NCBI RefSeq assembly: GCF_006345805.1
Contig: NC_043001.1
Location: forward strand, 86,242,001-86,306,000
DNA length: 64,000 nucleotides
Reading direction: 5' to 3'
From: Octopus sinensis
Taxonomy: Eukaryota
Shown here: positions 1 to 64,000 of the stretch, one piece after another
Numbering within the stretch: the first letter of the stretch is position 1
Layout of the letters: every line of letters starts with the position of its first letter
The notes under the pieces: generated by a model
The model's database searches: none
What the model saw: only the letters and a program-made list of their open reading frames with translations
What the model was told of the DNA's origin: nothing
Program-made: the position numbers and the translations under genes

Positions 1-116
1 GGTTGTCGACGAGAAGTCAGATCCCTTCACAAATACATATACTTTTTCCAGTGTCGATTGACACTGATATTGAAAAAGTGAAAATATATGTATAAAAGTG
101 AAAATATATATATATG

Positions 117-162
<46 letters not shown>

Positions 163-507
163 CAGTTATCGCCAAGCTAATATGGCAGTCTATAAATATA
201 GGACGAAAGCTGCCGTTGATTAGCTCCAAAAGGCCATCGCCTCTAGCTAGTTATATGACACACGAACCTGTGTCCATTATAACCTTCGAACAGTTCGAAG
301 GTCAACTCCTATATATTTAATATCTTATTCATTTAACATTTTTGTATTTTAGAAATCCATTACGCTTATACTGCATATCTAAAAACGATAATGCGAAACT
401 CAAAGTAACGTCTTAATTACAAATATTATTAATATTGAATTTACAAATGCAGTGAACTGGCTCTGTGTATGTGTGTGTGTGTATGTATGTGTGTGTGTGT
501 GTGTGTC

Positions 508-551
<44 letters not shown>

Positions 552-814
552 TGTGTGTGTCTGTGTGTGTGTGTGTGTGTGTGTTTCTTTGTGCTTATGA
601 TCTGTCTGTCCCCTCTAACGTTTGGAAATGATTCCTGGTTAGAGTTATACAGAACAAGTCCTCCCTAGAGATATAATTCTTCAGAATTTACCACCATATA
701 TTTCGAGCATACTTTGGCCTTCATATAATCACTATAATCATCGATTTGACCAGTCAAGTTGGGGGTTCCAAAAGGGCCTATCAGATTTCAACTGAGTTTT
801 TAGAACAGAAGTAT

Positions 815-1974
815 TTGAGGTGGTATCAAAACGTTCTAGTCATGTTTTAAAAAAATAACTTATTTACCTAAGTATTAATATCATCTTCTTCGAAATAGTC
901 ACCTTGCGCAGGAATACCCCAGTCCAGCAGTATTTCCAATTTTGGTATCCAGCCTAGCAGTCGTTTTCCATAAGCGAGTCGAGAACCTTCTATGTTTCAC
1001 TCTGAATCTCCCCAACAGTGTTAACACGGCGATTTTAAGCTGCATTTTAATCTTGGGGGAAGAGATGGAAGTCCGCAGGTGCTAAATCTGACAAATAGGA
1101 TTGGTGTTGAAGAGATAACACGTTGTTTTTGACGAGAAACTTACAAGTAAGGAGAGATTCGTGGCAGAGTGCATTGTCGTCGTGAAGAATCCAATTCTTC
1201 ACGCTCCACAGATCCGGTTGTTTTCGCCGAATGTCCTCCCATAGACGCTTCAAAACGTGGTAATAGAATTCCCGATTCACGGTCTGGCTATGAGGGACGA
1301 ATTCTCGATGCAAACTATAGGGGATGAAGAAAAAAGGATGAGCATCGACATGAAGGATGGGTCATTAGCAGCACGCTGACAGAGATTTTGAGATCTTCAA
1401 AGCCAAGTACTTTCTACTTAGTGGTCAGCAAACGGGGTACGAACTTGGCAGAGATACATCAACCCATACGACAGACCTATACGGACCCATATGACAGACC
1501 AACAACATCAGAAATGCCGTTGATTGTCCTCCGACGATTCTCATGCACAAGCCGGTGAATTTTTCTCCACATTTCTGGGGATATCACTCGTGACAAATCT
1601 TCCAGAACGCTCATCATTTTACAACGAGATTCTTCCGCTTTTGAAGCGTCCGTTCCACTCAAAATATTACGTATGACTCATTGCCTCGTCGCCGTAAACT
1701 TGCCGAAGCATATCCAAGATCTCTGTAGCAGGCTTCTCAAAGTTAACGCAAAATTTCACGTTGGACCTTTGTTTCTGTCAATGACAAAATTGCAGACTAC
1801 AGATTAAGCGTGATCACAGAAACGCTAATTTCACAACTTGTGAATACAGCGATGTCACTCGATACACACTGCCTTTTGAAGGTCACCGCTAGCTCTCACT
1901 GGGCACGGAACTGTGTGTTGCCGTCTGTTGGCACGCTACAAACTATTATTGTAACTTTTTGATACCACCTCGTA
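815..1974 (-). mobile_element. Mariner (Tc1/mariner) element, decayed transposase
   Basis: Inverted termini gaggtggtatcaaaa (817) and ttttgataccacctcgta (~1957-1974). Minus-strand peptides ILHDDNALCH, YLSDLAPADFHLFP and RRRTINGISDVVGLSYGSV. Confidence 0.9.
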
Positions 1975-2552
1975 TATAAACATATTTAAAATAACAGCGT
2001 TATTCTAATTCATGTGTGTGTATGTGTGTGTAATTGTGTGGGTTTGTGTGTGCGTTTGTGTGTTTTCGTTTTAAATATCTTCTCAAACATAATTTGAAAC
2101 GTTTTCACAACGCGTTTTCTCTAATCCCAATAGATTCGTTTGCGAAACCTATCCTTAAGACATTATACGCAATAATTCCTATTAAAATACATGCTAGTAT
2201 TTCAATATGTGAACTTAAAGGATTCTGCTAGAATTCAGCCACTAAATGATTTAGAATCACCTAGATTTAATTACAGGATCTTAAAAGGAATGTTGTATGT
2301 ATATATGTATATATATATTATATATGCGTATATATATATTATATATGCGTATGAGTGAATTTGCGTGTAAATACATATATATATATATACATATATATAA
2401 CCACTGACGACCATTTCTTTTCTTTAAATGTTTGACTGGTTACCAAGCTGTCTACTCTTATGATATTTATTTAATGCTTTGAAAACTCTTAAAGAATTAT
2501 TTGAAACAGGAATAACCAGAAGACAGAGGCAGTTAAAAGAATCGCTAACAAC

Positions 2553-62523
<59,971 letters not shown>

Positions 62524-62620
62524 GAGACAAGAACGAGGTTTGACACTGATTTCAGGTGAATTAATAATCTACGCGTTTAGAATTGTTATAGAGATATAGG
62601 AATTTGATAACAAGAACTAA

Positions 62621-62696
<76 letters not shown>

Positions 62697-63299
62697 CATA
62701 TATATATATTATATTATATTATGTTATATTATATATTATATTATATACACTACTATTGATTACATGTTTAGATATTCCATTAGTTAGTATATATTAGATT
62801 TAATGATTAATATAATAATTATAAATCTACTCTACAAACATTGTTAGTTCATCTCCCAATAGAATAATTTTAAATTATTACACACATCTGGAGGATGAAA
62901 TACCTTTTTCTACAAATGCTTATTCCCAATCATGTTAAAAGCAGAAGACTATGTATTAGTCACCCATATTTTCCAATTGTTCAATAAATATCTTTTGAAA
63001 TTATTATCTAGAGTTATTCTTGTTACTTTTTTTGTTGTTAGCACTGATCAAGCAGCCTATTATCACAGGTGTTCCATCCACGACCATCCCAGCTATCATT
63101 TAATTATACTTCATACAGGAACATATAATTCAATGTATTTTTTAAATCAGGTTTGTAGGGTGTGATTTGTGGGAAGGTAAGCTACTATTTCTGAGATGTC
63201 AAGTAGGTTCTCGTTTGCTGGATCGTCACGACTTAGGGTTGTTTTCGAACGAATGTAATATATATTTATTCTAACATAGAGCAACAAACCTTCTAATAT

Positions 63300-64000
63300 A
63301 TAATATGTTCCAGTCTCAGCAAAGTTGAAACAGTTGTGTCACCACTGTCTCAAATATTGTCTTTCGTCTGTTGTACCAGACTAATTTACCAGCAAGCAGT
63401 TGCACATCTGACATAAGAAACATCTATTGACATCAGCTCATCAACTAGTACTAATCAGAAATACACACGTACTTATAGATTTCTGTGTTACAAATATCCC
63501 ACTCTACCTCTACTGTCCTAATCACAGCTACTGAATGTCTGTCCAGCTGTAGGATTCACTCTCAATACAGTCGGTAATCTTTCTTCTCATTGTTTGTATA
63601 CGTCTGTTTTCTTTTCTATCACATTCTGAACCTTCACGTTCATCAATGTTTGCTTGATTATTTCTCATTCGCCCTTGAGTTAATTATTTCGTCTTAAACT
63701 AAAATCATACACAGGATTTCGTGTGGCTAGTTCACTTCTCACACGATAAAGCCCAAAATGTTTTTACTGTGACATCACAATATCTAAATATTGCATTATC
63801 TAATCAACACAACATATAACACATCGATCTGATGCTCTTCCTCCCGAATCTTCATGTACACTGAATTAATTACTCGGAATATGTCTCATTTCCACTCCAA
63901 TAATACAAACGATAAAGTGCTCCGTTTTACTTTTGGGAATCCAATAATCAGGTGATAACATTGTAAGTCGTCTTACCTCCCGAACTGCAACCAGTTAAAT
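63300..64000 (-). mobile_element. Possible decayed Ty3/gypsy RT-RNaseH remnant
   Basis: Minus-strand QYLDIVMS and RLPTVLRVNPTAGQTF weakly resemble YLDDIII and L.SAPVL..PD...PF. Many stops. Confidence 0.3.

Noticed and set aside
17-668. Numerous ORF-track entries rich in YI, VC, HT or MYVC repeats (here and throughout)
   Set aside because: They are translations of (TA)n, (TG)n and (TATG)n microsatellites, with no splice or homology support.

Overview
AT-rich, microsatellite-dense animal genomic DNA. The SINE/LINE/Penelope landscape suggests a coleoid cephalopod, probably Octopus (inference). Almost the whole window is one + strand, multi-exon gene for a secreted inter-alpha-trypsin inhibitor heavy chain-like (ITIH) protein: signal peptide (2553), VIT domain (16081-20137), vWA domain with intact MIDAS (28703-30833), a Pro/Gly/Thr-rich linker, and a divergent ITI C-terminal region (57797-62523). 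Exons 1-8 splice in frame with canonical GT-AG sites. The linker is the most unusual part. It is encoded by an array of 15-30 nt symmetric phase-1 micro-exons, multiplied first by a ~1.87 kb tandem unit carrying a Tigger fragment, then by a near-identical 10.1/8.2 kb tandem duplication whose breakpoint lies inside a coding exon. The paralogous micro-exons differ far more than their flanking introns, and only by amino-acid-changing substitutions. Introns hold mariner, Tigger, piggyBac, Helitron, R4/Dong, RTE and Penelope remnants, three tRNA-derived SINE families, an RTE LINE with a twin-priming-type 5' inversion, and Penelope-type minimal hammerhead ribozymes, two of them in a ~460 bp palindrome. 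All calls are by eye, without database searches or expression data.
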